A stretch of 63,118 nucleotides of DNA, filler included, from Choristocarpus tenellus KU-1152 (GCA_964200185.2; 12 parts of 12 records of this genome joined end to end with filler, not necessarily neighbours in it); one strand, 5' to 3'. Shown: positions 42,146 to 55,094, counted from the first letter of the whole stretch. Notes: a model not told the origin generated them from the sequence alone. Made by a program: numbers and translations.

Positions 42146-45100
42146 TTGAAGAAAAGAATTCTCCTGAAGCAGTTGTACATGAGGCCAGTTTTGGTCTGTT
42201 ATCGTGATAACTTGCCTTTTTCTCATCATGTGCAAGTCTTTTTCCAGTTCTGGGTAGTGAAATAAGTACGTTCTGGCACTTGTCCCCACTCTCTACCAAA
42301 GGCAGAAACCACATCCAAGCTAACCTGTTAAGATGAAAGTGCAAGGGGTAAATTCTTCTACCCCCCTACTACACTATTGCCATAACCTCCAATGACTGTC
42401 ACTACCACATGCTAGGTAGTGGCAGGTAAGCAGTGAGATCGGAGTGGGAGAGGACGGGAGGGGAAGCGGGGGGGGTACAAGGGAACAAGGGTGGACAAGA
42501 GAGCAGAGTTCTCCTTTCATGTTGTCTGCTGAGTTTGACTACATGTGTTTACAACTGTACGTTTAAGTGTCGGCACGGATACACGTAATAGATCCGACCT
42601 CAAAAACAGGAGTATCAAAACACCTGACCACGGGTACCTGAATCTCATCTTAGTTTGTGAGTGTGTATGAGTGACTCCCCCATCCAAGCCCAATCCCATT
42701 GCACTCTCACAGATGTGTGCAGGATAGCAAGGCAGACCTCATTGCCTGCCAGGTGCACATGCTCTGTGTCTTGTGCTTGGGGTAGCCTCTGGCTGAATAG
42801 CTATGGGTTATCTAGTTCCCTATATAAGGAATGTCAGTCAGATTGAGGATGAGTTAAGGGTGGGAATGGATGTTTGTGGGTGATAAAACCTAGAGAGTAC
42901 ACATATGGATGGGAATGAGTATTGGGAGGCAATACTTGACAAAAAAAGTGCTGATAATAAATTTCCCATGTATGAAAATCAGCAAAGTTAGAGTTGAGAA
43001 ATATGATGCCAGTCTCACTCCCTGCTCAGTTGGTGAGTTATTTATATACACTTTGATCTATAGTTCAACCACTTTTCTCTGCTCCTTCCATAACGTTATG
43101 GGACACCGAAAATTTTGATACCACTGATGACTCCTACTTTACCCCTTGCACACCCTTGTCAAAGAAGTTTGTCATCAGATCCTTTTGATGGTCCATAGAC
43201 ACAAACTGACATGGTTGCAGCTTGTGTTCGAAACATCACGCTAGCTAATACCAGCATATCCAGTACATTGAAATTGAAAGTGGAGTATTATTTGATGTCA
43301 TGGTTCTCTCTGCTACTTGTCTTGCTCTACCCTTCATTTCACTTTGCTGTAACCAATATATATAAACACATCTCTCTTGTTCTCTCTCCCAGCTTGGAGT
43401 TCAATTGATTGCTTGTAGGAGCCCAGTAGAGCTCACTGCAGACCTTCCATAGATATAAAAGATGGACTGGACTTCTCTAAGGAAAGGAGTGAAGATAAGG
43501 TCCAGGTAGTACTGCAAGATTTGGGGCCTAAGGTGGGTCCTGTGATCTGTGGACCCAAGAAATCCAGTAATATGTGCTCCTTGTCTTTGTTCCTCTCTGT
43601 GCACTATTTCCTGCTTCGCACTCTTCTCTTGCAAGGAAGCACTCTCCTCCAAACTTGAGGGGCTTCAGAACAGCAATATATAGTGGGACGAGATACGTTT
43701 CTTCAGCTTTGTTTGTTGCAGTGCAGACCTGACCCCTCCATTTTATTTGCTGTATTGCCTCTCACCTCTTGACTGCTTGCACGTGTTTGGCAAACATCAT
43801 CTGACAGCCGACAATGTTGGGATGAACATCTCGGTTCATACATTTAAAACACCATAACAAGTGGAAGCAACAGAGAGTATATACATCTGTACAACAAATA
43901 TAGAAAGCAAAATCTAAGACCACACTTTGCTTGTTGTATTGCAGTGCTTGGAATATTATGGGAATCAAAACAAATGGTACTACTCTGGAAAAACATTTAT
44001 ATTTGTTGTTCAGACCTTGCAACTTGTCACTGTTCGAGAATGCTCTCAAGGCAAAGGTGGGCACGTATTATACCTTAAGAATCATCTGCACCTACCAAGA
44101 ATTTGGACTCTGGAAAGCAGTAACCAAAGGAGTGTCGTCAAGCTGATGGACGCAGCTACATTGGTCTATACCTGAGTAGTGAAGGTGTTCAGACAGAACA
44201 AAGTTGAAGGTTGGCATTATAAAATGTCTTACAATTTGATCTTATTCTAATGTGGATGTGGTCTCCCCTCGCAACCACCAACACCATTCCACAAACCAAC
44301 ACAAACTGAAAGTTATCTAGTTGTAGGAACATGCACAAAGGTAACGCCTTTGCACACACAATAAATGCCTCACACTGCCATCCTTCGAAGAATTATTATT
44401 ATTTTAACTCAGCACGTTTGATTTTCAGACACGTTGATTCTTGAGTACTCAGAATTTTCGTTTCTGCCCCCCTTCAAAAAGATTGAGTTGTAAAATATTC
44501 CTCTCACTACAATGTTGCACTACAAAGACCACCTTCCCTTCACACACTGTCCTTGTTACCTCACACGCTTGCGATCAATTTCCGTGAATTCGCTCTACCT
44601 CTCTACACTAATCTACGATTACTCCCCAATTATCCACTTCCATACTGTAATTTGAACTAGAACATATCTACCCTGCCCAAACACCACCTCCCATTTGAGC
44701 TGATGTCTGTATCGAGCTAACAGGTAATACCTCTTGTTTTGACTGTAGCCCCGGTCTTTTTCACTCTCTACCAACCCTCTTGACACCCACACTGGGTCTT
44801 TTCAGTTGGCCCTAATGTTAAACCAAAAATACCTCTGATTTCCATCTTCTTTTCTTATGTCTCACTATTTCTGGTGCACATGCATACGAAAAATTTTCAG
44901 AAGAGCCCAACACATCAGTTGTATTAGAGGGAAGACGCATTTCCTTAGGGAAGTTCGCTAACGACATTTTCGGCAGAGGAGTAGTGGGGGGTAATTTGTG
45001 TGTATTGCCTTACATTCATCGTGTCCATCGTTTCTGTCAATTTCCGAATAAGATCCATGTTTGGAGAACGTTTCTCCTGGACAGCTGCCTTCAACTCGGA

Positions 45101-45511
45101 GTTGATGAGGTTAATACACAAACCCCCTGTTGATGTATTTGACGACGATACTGGTGGTGTCGGCAGCGACATCTGCACAGATGTGGACCGGACATGTATA
45201 GACTGGGTAGCAGCGGGCATTAATTGTAAGAGTTGACTGACCGGGTGACTATCTGCCAACATTAATTGCTGTACCATATCTTGGTCAACCACCCTGTCAA
45301 GATTGACCCAAAGTATCTGGTGGGGGGGGGGGGGGGGGGGGGGGGGCCCCCCCCGGGAGCCGTTGGGCGCAAAAGAGGAAAGAGAGGCTTTTTATTTTCC
45401 CACCACGGGAANNNNNNNNNNNNNNNNNNNNNNNNNNNNNNNNNNNNNNNNNNNNTTAATTAATTAANNNNNNNNNNNNNNNNNNNNNNNNNNNNNNNNN
45501 NNNNNNNNNNN

Positions 45512-48051
45512 GGCAGGTGCGGGCATGTCTGGCATCGACATCGTGCCTCCTGCACCCTGCCACTGGGCACCTGTTCGATAGGGCCTCCTCTCTCCCTAGG
45601 GATCTGCTGACTGTGAGCTTGAATTCCTGAGGGAGAATATGGCATGCTGGCTCCAGAGGTTGCGTCAAGGCCCAGGCGTTTGCTCCTTGTCCACACTGGC
45701 TCCAGTGGCACGCTTGGGCTAATGAAGAGCTTTCCCTCCCTTGGTGGGCCTCATTTGGGAGGTCAGCTAGCTGTGTCCTGAAGGAGTCGAAACCGATCTT
45801 GTTGAGGAGGCGTGTGATCTCGTGCTGAGCCCTCCTTGTGATCCTGGCGTCATGAGCTACCAGGATGTTAACCTCTGGGGTAGGTGCAGGTGGTGCTGTT
45901 CCCCCCCAGGTTACCCAGTCTTGGCCAATAATTTCAGCCAAGTCTTCTGCGGGGACACCTGTAGAAAGGAGAGTGTGTATGGACGATCCTAAGGCCTGTA
46001 TTTTAGGGCTTGTACGTACGGCTTGTACGTACGGCTTGTACGTACGGCTTGTGAGAAGGATTCGCCATGAGGCCCTTGCTGCCTTGCTAGGAGGGTGGGG
46101 AGGGTAGCCACCAGTGATCCTACGAAAGCTGCATGTTGGCGGTGTTTCATAGAGGAGAGGCCCAGACCCCCCGCACTTGTAGGCATCTGTGCCTGTACTT
46201 GTTGGTGGGTCTCTAGGCGGAGAGACCTATTGTTGCACCCTCCCTCAAGAAATCTGTCACCTCTGTCGTATCGGCTATCTCCACTACCCTCTCTAGTGTC
46301 CACAGGGAGATATTGTCTGCTTGCTCCATGGTGGAGCTTGCCAGGAGGGGGGGAGTGACCCTCACAAGATAGCCTAGCCGGGAGGAGAGGAACCAGGCCA
46401 CCTGCTTGTCCTCAATCTCGCTTAGGTGTGTGGCTAAAGCTCGTGTCTCAGAGCTCTCTATCACCTCCGCCATGTGAGCTCATATGAAGCCATTTGTTCC
46501 TATTGGAGCCCCTAGAGTGACAAAACCACTGGGGTTCGGGGCTAGGTTGATTCCTGCTGTGGAAAGGAGCTCTAGTTCCGAGGACGTGGGTTGGTGGCCC
46601 TGGGGAGGTGCGGCAAAGGTCTTGTCCATGTTTAGGTTGATGCCTACCTCCTGGTAATTAGTTTTTAACTGCTCGAAAGCAGCTATGGTAATAGGATTGA
46701 TCCCCCTTGCAGAAATAGACGTGTCATCCAGATAGCTCGGGGAGGAAACCCCTTGGGGTCCGAAGACTGATTGCACCTGTTGCAAGGCCTTGTGTGTTGC
46801 CATGCAATATAAGAGGGGGGCTAGTGGTTCTCGATGGTAGAATCTTTGTCCCTCCCTCATCTAGGAGGAAAAGAATATTCCTTGTATTCCCATATACCTT
46901 GGAAACATAAGATAGGTGGCCTGGTAGGGTCTCTGGGAGGGCCTGGATGAAGGCTGAGCGGTGTACGCTGTTGAAAGCGTTCCTTCCGTCCAGAATGATG
47001 ACCCATTCTCCACACTCATTCCTTTGGCGGATATCCAGGAGTGCACGTTCAATGCCATTTGGGAACCCGACACCGAATTGTCCTACTCCTCCGAAGAATT
47101 CCTCTAGGTAGAGGCGCCAGTCTGTGCAGAAAGCTGAAGCACATGCCCTCCTAAAAAAAGACCCACAGGCAACTGGGCGACACTTCTCCCGATTGCGGAC
47201 AGTCTGGGGTTGGTGTGGAGTGTCCAGAACTCTAGGGGTAGGGAGTCCGGGGAGGTGTAGGCTAGCTCCCATAGTTTTGCAAACGCCTCTGCCACTTCCT
47301 TGTGACCAACATCAGTCGTGATGGCCGATCTGATGTGGCTTGGGCGCATCCCGTCAGGGCCCGGTGCCGAGTTGTTGTTAGCCCTCATGAAGGCTTTTCG
47401 AAGGGAGGTGGGGGTGTACTCCCCTTCAGGGGGGCAGTACCTTTGTTCCCCAAATATTGCCTTTCCTTGTACCCTGTCTTTTGCGTCCGTGATGGTCTGC
47501 CTAAGCTCCTCTTGGTTCTCACTCGGGTGTTTAGGGACCAGTATATATTGAAAGTCTCCTCCGTCCCTGAGACTCTGGGTTGTGCTAGAAGTACGCTCGC
47601 TCCCTTGGAAATTCCTCCATGGTGGTGACCCAGAGCTGCAGCTCATTCCTCTCCAGGAGTTTCCCTACGTCTGTTGGCCCCCTGGGATCGTTCTGGTAGC
47701 CATACGACTAGCTCTTGGATATTCCCTGAAGCCACCGGGGCAAATCTTTCCTCCCTCAAGAACTTTCCGTCATTTGCCAGTAAAAGGCCTGAGATCATGT
47801 GGAAAAGCTTGGATGTTCTGATGGCCCCTAATGTTGATGTCCCTCGTGTGTCAGGAGATCCACTGTGTGCATAAGGGCGATTGTGTGGGCGATGCGAAGC
47901 CTGCCTGGGACCTTCTTCACCGTGGTGATGTTTACCCGCTCCAGGGTCTCCATCTGGACTTGGTCAAGGGCAGATGCTACACTTGGAGTATGGACCCCCC
48001 AAGGCAGACGTGGATGTGGTGGTAGGTGGCCTAGGTTTTCTGTGGAGGGGG
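45512..48051 (-). mobile_element. Decayed non-LTR retrotransposon (CRE-like LINE); RT broken into several frames
   Basis: Ordered motifs across ORFs 47646 to 45512: SAPGPDGMR, RPVACGSFFRR, QFGVGFPNGIE, ILDGRNAFNSVHR, PLAPLLY, SYLDD, TLGAPIG, QMPTSAGGLGL and C..C....DARHARTC. The expected G.QQGD before PLAPLLY is deleted and there are multiple frameshifts. Confidence 0.9.
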
Positions 48052-48384
48052 NNNNNNNNNNNNNNNNNNNNNNNNNNNNNNNNNNNNNNNNNNNNTTAAT
48101 TAATTAANNNNNNNNNNNNNNNNNNNNNNNNNNNNNNNNNNNNNNNNNNNNCCAGTCAACCAGAATTCTCCCGCCCACAAAACTCAGTTTACTTCATAAA
48201 CTCTCACATATAAAATATAATAAGTCAACATTCATGTACATGTCAGTGACGATGGATGGTTGACAGGCAATTAATATAATTCAGTGTGTGTGCTTTACCA
48301 TGTAATTCAACTGCTAGCTTCCGGCGACGAGCCTTACGTGCGCCAAGCTTCTCAACATGGATGACATATTATCGTAGTTGATAC

Positions 48385-48750
48385 TATGTGTTGCGGGCAT
48401 CATGGTCGGTGTTAGCTCCGAAGGCCGCCCACTACGTGCCACCACCCCTAGGCCAAGTGTGTGGTCACAGGTGAGCTATCAGTGACGTTCTCCCAGAGCC
48501 TCGAATGTGACGCTTGGACACTCCAAACTCCGCTGCGAGAGCTGGCCCAACGTGTCGCGGCAGTTTATGCTTACCAAGGATCATCGCGAGAGCGTGGCCC
48601 CACTGCAAGCGCAACCCTGGTATTCAGGGACACTTGGGCACCCTTCCTACGCGGGGGGGTCGACGGAGGGGTTGCCATGCCGACGTTCTGACCCTCGATG
48701 TGCCCAGTTTTGGCCGCAAAATCACCCCCAAAAGGCCCCTACTTTGACAC
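48385..48750 (-). pseudogene. 5' relic of a Tc1/mariner-like transposase (HTH region) with a candidate left terminus
   Basis: The minus strand gives MATPPSTPPRRKGAQVSLNTRVALAV (ATG 48678), then after a frameshift GKHKLPRHVGPALAAEFGVSKRHI, and later RSGRPSEL. This resembles mariner-type N-terminal HTH plus the GRP linker. Confidence 0.55.
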
Positions 48751-49673
48751 CTTGAAGCACCTCGAGTTTGTACCTGATGATCATCGACCCCACCTTATCT
48801 CAAAGCTTACACTGTCAACCCAATTTCATTCTGTGGGGCTATCGTCCGATTCGGCGCCGTTCTCGCTCGGTGAACCCAGATGTTTCGCGCTACAAACATA
48901 TGACATAGAGTTAGTATCACACAGTGATTTTGCGCATGGTTTCACTTCAAATCTTACTGGATCGTGTTTTGTTTCTTCCAGTAGTGTGGTGGGTGGAGGT
49001 ATGTTACTAACTGGACTTGGGATAACTCTCTTGTCCAACTTTTCGGATGGTGCACAACAGTGCAGACAGGAACTGTACAACACACACACTCCTAATGCTT
49101 TGAGAGAAATAAGGTGACAAGTGCAGTCTCCCCCTCCTTCACGAACAACGTACCTTACCCAAAACGTACATCTTATGCATCGGTCTTCTCAGTAGCCCCC
49201 TTTCATTGCGAGATTTGCTCGCCAGTGGCATTTATGCTCACATACAAATTTCCTTCATCGCCAATCCCTTGCGTGCTCCCTCCTTCCATATATCCTCCCT
49301 CCATCGCCTACTTTGCACCTTGTTCGAAACTCATATCTCTCATCAAGCGGTCTTCCCCCCTGTGCGTTCATCATGAAGTTCACTCGCAAGTCCTATGCAC
49401 GCTCACAACGTACTTTGTCCATTGTCATTGCCGGTGTGCTCCCTCCTCTTTTATATCCGCCCTCCATCACGAGCTTCACAACTTACCCTAAACCTATTAC
49501 TGTCATCGATCGGTTTCTCTGTAGACCCCTTCACTGCAAAATTCACTCGCCAATGCTCTGCATACTTACATATGTACTGCCCCCGTCTCCTAATTGTACT
49601 CTACCCTAAGGCAATATCACCCTCTCCTGCTCTCTGTGCATAGACCCCAATACATAGTAGTTGTGGGAGACCA

Positions 49674-50001
49674 TTCTCATGTGTGGTAAGTGTTGGAAAT
49701 TTATCAAAACTCCGTCTATCGAGAATCGGTGATGTTGTTGTGGAAAGGGTCAACATTTTCCTTGATATATATATGTGTATGTTTGTGCGAAGATCCATCT
49801 GGTGTAAAATAGTTTAGGGGGGAAATGGTAGTCGTTCTCATGTGTGGTAAGTGTTGGAAATTTATCAAAGCTCCGTCTATCGAGAATCGGTGATGTTGTT
49901 GTGGAAGAGGTCAACATTTTCCTTGATATAAATGTATGTATATGTATGTTTGTGCGAAGATCCATCTGGTGTAAAATAGTTTAGGGGGGAAATGGTAGTC
50001 G
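49674..50001 (+). repeat. Tandem duplication, ~161-167-nt unit x2
   Basis: ttctcatgtgtggtaagtgttgg...ggaaatggtagtcg occurs at 49674-49834 and 49835-50001, with few differences. Confidence 0.92.
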
Positions 50002-50488
50002 GGAATTGGGAGTATGTATGTGGTCAAAGCGAGGTAGGTTTTTGGGGTGTTTGATGACAATTACAATGCTGTCCGCAGGTCGCTTTTTAGAAATTGTTTT
50101 CGTTTTATGTCCAGTTCAATTGCATACTGACGGATTGAAGTGCATACAGGAACACTCCTGTCTTCAGGAACCACCATAGTCTTCGGAAACCACCACTGCC
50201 ATACTTTTTTCACTTCGTCAAACGGAGCTTTGGGTTATTTTTCATTCACAGGTTAGGGTTTGGGTTTGGGTTAGGATAGAGTTAGACTATCGAAAATGTG
50301 CGTGAAAAAGTGAAAATTTTCAATTTTTGAGAGTCTGTGGTTCCCCAGTGCACCCTGTTCTCCCCCACCTCTTCTATAATATTTCCTCGACTTATTAGGA
50401 ATATTCTCCGCACAAGTTATAGGGTTAGCTTTAGGGTTTGAGTAAGAGATAGGTTAAGGTTTAAGGTTTTCATAAATACTTGCGAAAA

Positions 50489-50747
50489 GAGCCAAAGTAT
50501 CTTAGAGGGTAAAGTCGCGTCCAATTGGGGGTCAAAATACAATGTTGTGATTTTGATGTAATTTTGGCTATCGTGTTTGTTAGGAAGTGTCAATATCCTT
50601 GTTCCAGACACACCTTTTCATAACATACATTTTAGCTACTTCAAAACATTTCAGAGTAGGTAAAATGTCATTTAAAAAAACTGTGGGAAGCTAAGCCCCA
50701 AATGGACAAACAAGGCAAAACTTCTACCCTCTAAGATACTTTCACTC
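50489..50747 (+). mobile_element. MITE family A, full copy, TSD AAA(A)
   Basis: gagccaaagtatcttagagggta ... taccctctaagatactttcactc. Confidence 0.9.
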
Positions 50748-51267
50748 AAAAAGTAAAATATGTATTACAGTGGTGACTCTCAAAGACAGGGGAGTTCCCC
50801 TGTGCGCTGCACGGATGAGAAATATCAAGAAGAGAGGTCATACCACAGGGAGGAAACACAAACTGGAATATATATCCTATAAAATGAATGATCATAGGCG
50901 AAAAATGATGATTGTGGTAACAGATAGTGGATATATGTGAAACAGATGGAAACAAGCTGACAGGTTCTTCGAAATGAAGGGGAGCGGGAAGCCCCACAGG
51001 ACGCAAGGAAAAGGAGAGAGACAAGTCAAGAGGGAGAGGAATCCCTCAGAAGATCACTCGGGAAAGGAGTGAACAAGTGGTAACTGAATGAGGGGGGTTT
51101 GTAAGGTCCCCTCAAACCACCCGCTCTTACTTCAAGCAGATGTTACCTTCAACATGCAAGAACAAACGTGATATGAATATCAGATTCTTCAAGATAGGTT
51201 ACCTTCAGGGTATACCTTCTTTGGAAGATTGCTCTCACTTATACTTGGAAATATTTAATACGTTAAT

Positions 51268-51448
51268 GACCCAAAGTATCTGGGGGGGTGGGGGGTGTCT
51301 ACACGAGGGTGTCCATTTGAACCAAAATCGGGAAAAGTGCATTTGCATTATCCATCCGACGTATGGCAACCAAATCACCCAAAAATCACGATATGAAAAA
51401 ATTGACCTTAAATGGACAGCCAAACTCCCCTCCCAGATACTTTGAGCC
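51268..51448 (+). mobile_element. MITE family B, full copy, flanked by TAAT/TAAT
   Basis: gacccaaagtatctggggggg ... cccctcccagatactttgagcc. Confidence 0.9.
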
Positions 51449-51592
51449 TAATGTACTATGTCGAAGTACTAAAAATTAATTTAATAAGTACTACTTTTGC
51501 TTTACTCACGAATTCTAGATTATGAATTTGCCTTGTCTTAGCATTCTATCCATTCTACTCCTCCTCCGCCATTAGAACGTACCACTGGTAAC

Positions 51593-51810
51593 CAACCAGT
51601 ACGGCCAATCTTTGCAACTAATTTCCAGTCACCAGCAATATCCGATGACCAACCAGTGTGGCCAATCTTTAAAACTGAATTCCAGTCACCAACCATATCC
51701 AGTGATCAACCAGTGCAACCAATCTTCGCCAATGATTTCCAGTCACCAGCCATATTTGATGACCAACCAGTGCGACCAATCTTCGCCACCAGTTTCCAGT
51801 CACCAACCAA
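51593..51810 (+). repeat. 57-nt minisatellite, ~4 units, open frame encoding a 19-aa repeat
   Basis: QPVRPIFATNFQSPAISDD / QPVWPIFKTEFQSPTISSD / QPVQPIFANDFQSPAIFDD / QPVRPIFATSFQSPT. Confidence 0.85.
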
Positions 51811-51814
51811 TGCG

Positions 51815-51902
51815 GACCCAAAGTATCTGGGGGGGGGGGGTCTACACCAGGGTGTCCATTTGGTCAAAATCAGGAAAAGTTGGTTTTCATTATCCATTGG
51901 AC
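51815..51902 (+). mobile_element. MITE family B, left half (contig end)
   Basis: gacccaaagtatctgggg..tctacaccagggtgtccatttgg matches the full copies. Confidence 0.85.
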
Positions 51903-52002
51903 NNNNNNNNNNNNNNNNNNNNNNNNNNNNNNNNNNNNNNNNNNNNTTAATTAATTAANNNNNNNNNNNNNNNNNNNNNNNNNNNNNNNNNNNNNNNNNN
52001 NN

Positions 52003-52242
52003 GGGTACAAGTTTTGCCCTGTTTGTCCGTTTGGGGCTTGGCTTCCCTTGGGCTTTCTATGACATTTTACCTACTCCAAAAAGTTTTGGAATTGGTAAAA
52101 TGTGTATGTTATGAAAAGGTATGTCTGGAACAAGGATAGTGACACTTCCTAACAAACACGTAGCCAAAATTACATCAAAATCGCATCATTGGATTTTGGT
52201 CCCCAAATGGACATGGCTCTACTCTCTAAGATACTTTGACTC
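52003..52242 (-). mobile_element. MITE family A, nearly full copy in reverse orientation
   Basis: Reverse complement of the family A consensus, ending ...ctctaagatactttgactc. Confidence 0.88.
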
Positions 52243-53347
52243 AGTCTCAATCTCATCTCCTCTCCTTTCCTGGCATCCACGTTGATGGCTACCTCCAGCT
52301 GCTTTGCGACCTCTTCAAAAGTAAACGATTTGGTGGTATCAAAACGTTTCCATGGCTGCCTTTGTTATGAGTGTTACAACACGCTCCAGAACTCACCTCC
52401 ACAGTGTTGAAACCTGGTTTCATGTGAGTCGTGCGTTGATGTGATGTGTCTGGTTTGTGACGAACGAGGTCATAGCGCAACAAAGAACTGATGAATTTGT
52501 CCTGGTAGGTCTGATGACATGTTGTATTCAGTCAGACAGTGTTCGATGTGAAGTTATGTTTGGTTGTGATGTGATTAACACGGTTAGAGGCAAGTGTGTG
52601 TCATAGTGCAACAAGACACCTGCGGGTTCGGTTTGATGTGTCTAAAGGGATGTCTTACTCAACCATACTTTAGTTGAAGTGAGATGGGTACTGGTATGTC
52701 TGTGGCATATATTACTCAAGCAAACGGTGATTGATAGAAACTGTGTGGTCATTCATTGAGACATTCAAATGAAAAAAATCATCCTCTGCGAAGAGGGTTG
52801 TCACCTTGGCAGAGAAGGGTTTAGCAGGATGGTTTAAATTCTGTTTATATTGCATCCCGGTGAGGGTCTTATACGTGTTGCAGATTGATGGCACGTCTTA
52901 TTGAGGGGTTGTCAGTGAAGTAATAAATATGAATCAAAACATGCTAAGCAACTAATAACTTGTGTGAAAAAGAAGAAATAACACAGGAAGAAAGAAGAAG
53001 CCAACCTTGGATCCATATCTAACGCCATACTTCTTCTGAGTGAGTTCTGATGATGAGCTAATGAGATAATGATGTAGATGGGAATAGCGACCATTGCAAT
53101 GGACAAATCAACGTTCAGTGTGGACTGACGATGCTGTTATCGTATCGAAGTAAATCGAATGAGTAGCCCATGTTTTAACACACAGGATGTGCAACTCTCT
53201 TCTGACGACCTTAAAACGACACTGCGGGGGTATTTCCACAGTTGACAGCCACGTGCGGGTATCAGCCACTCTTCTCTTGATGCTTCACTTAGTGCTTAGC
53301 TCAAAGCTTGACATAATGTTTTAATCGAGAATAAAAGAGAAAGAAAC

Positions 53348-53425
53348 AAGGCATACATTGATGGCGCTCAAAGTATTATTTATTTGAAGGCATACATTGA
53401 TGGCGCTCAAAGTATTATTTATTTG
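53348..53425 (+). repeat. Exact 39-nt tandem duplication
   Basis: aaggcatacattgatggcgctcaaagtattatttatttg x2. Confidence 0.92.
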
Positions 53426-53564
53426 CTTCACCCACCCGATTTCTACACATTACAAGTTGAGAGACAATTGCCACCTGTTGAATACATACTACTCAAATTA
53501 CAAATCTTTCCTGCAACTTCTAAGAAATCGACATTTATTCTGTGAGATCGCCTATTTGCTACAA

Positions 53565-54860
53565 TTGCCGCACCTCCCCAGTACCACCAACCCACGCCTT
53601 CAGAACTGGACCTCTTTCTACGGTGGGAATCATCCTAGCACAGAACTCAAATGGGTTTGTTACACTGGGGGCTCCTGTGTGGGAACAGACATGGCTCAGG
53701 TGATCGAGAGCTCTGGGTCACGAACTTTCACCACACACCTCAGCGAGATGGAAGACAAACAGGTGGCCTGGCTCCTCAACTCCTGATCCCTCTCCTTCCG
53801 TCTAGGCTATCTTGCCAAGGTCACTCTCCCCTACCTGCCACGCTCCACCATAGAGCAAGCATACAACTCGTCATGAACACCAGAGAAGATAATTGAGGCA
53901 GCAGACTTGATAGAGGCGACGGACTTTTTTGAGGGAGTGTGTGATAATGGGTCTCGCCGCCTAGAGACCCACCAACAAGTGAAGGCACAGATGTCGACAA
54001 GTGTGGGGGGGTTAGAGGCCTCTCGTCCATGAAACACCGCCAACACGCAGCATTCTTAGGATCACTAATGGCCCCTCTCCCCACCCTCCTAGCGAGGCAG
54101 CAAGGGTCTCATGGCGAGTCCTTCTCACAAGACGTTTGTGTGAGGCCCACATTGCGGGCCTTGGGATCGTCCATCCACACCCTCCTCTCTACAGGTGTCC
54201 CCTCAGAAGACCTAGCGGAAATCATTGACCAAGACTGGGTAACCTGGGGGGGAACAACATCCTCCACAACTGCCCCGGAGGTTCACCATTCTGGCAGCTC
54301 ATGATGCCAGAATCACAAGGAGGGCTCAACATGAGATCAATCGTCTCCTGAACAGGATCCGTTTTGACTCCTTCCGGACACAAGTAGCCAGCCTACCAAA
54401 TGAAGTGAATCAGGGGAAGGAAAGCTCCTCACTAGCCCTAGCACCCCCCAGAGAGCCAGTGTGGACAAGGGGCAAAAGCTTGGGCCTCTACCCAATCCCT
54501 GGAACCGATATGCCAGATCTCCCCCGTAGAGTTCCAGGGAAGGAGGAAGCCCTGTCAAACAGGTGCCCATTGACTGAGTCAAAGTATCTTAGAGGGTAGA
54601 GCCGCTTTCATTTGGGGGTCAAAATCCGATGTTGCAATTTTGATGTAATTTTGTCTATCGTGTTTGTTAGGAGATGTCATATCCTTGTTCTGGACACACC
54701 TTTTCATAATGTATACATTTTTCCTACTTCCCTACTCCAAAAACATTTCAGAGTAGGGAAAATGTCATTAAAAACCCGTGGGAAGTCAAGTCCCACATAG
54801 ACAAACTGGTAAAAACACGTAACCTCTAAGATACCTTCACTCACTGGGTGCAGGAGGCAA
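53565..54860 (+). mobile_element. Second, truncated and more decayed copy of the CRE-like LINE, interrupted by a MITE
   Basis: Collinear with the reverse complement of ~45545-46615 (MA.VIESS..R...THLSE.EDKQVAW; MKHRQHAAF.GSL.A.LPTLLARQQG; LAEII.QDWVTWGGT; EEALSNRCP). Confidence 0.9.
54576..54842 (+). mobile_element. MITE family A nested in the LINE copy, TSD ACT
   Basis: act|gagtcaaagtatcttagagggtag ... ctctaagataccttcactc|act. Removing the MITE plus one ACT restores collinearity with the other LINE copy. Confidence 0.93.
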
Positions 54861-55027
54861 AATGTGTGTCAAAGTATCTGGGGGGGGGGTGTCGGCGTCC
54901 GTTTTTTACCCTTTTTTCGATTTTCACNNNNNNNNNNNNNNNNNNNNNNNNNNNNNNNNNNNNNNNNNNNNTTAATTAATTAANNNNNNNNNNNNNNNNN
55001 NNNNNNNNNNNNNNNNNNNNNNNNNNN

Positions 55028-55094
55028 AAATCGCGACATGAACAAAATTGACCTCAAATGGACAGGCGCTACCCCCTCCCAGATAATTTGAGCC
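55028..55094 (+). mobile_element. MITE family B, right end (contig start)
   Basis: aaaattgacctcaaatggacagg..cccctcccagataatttgagcc. Confidence 0.8.

Noticed and set aside
44945-45292. 115-aa minus-strand ORF
   Set aside because: It has no recognisable domain or splice support and abuts a MITE terminus, so it was left uncalled.
51593-51810. Regularly spaced repeats resembling a CRISPR array
   Set aside because: The whole 57-nt units are homologous with no unique spacers, there are no cas genes, and the context is eukaryotic.
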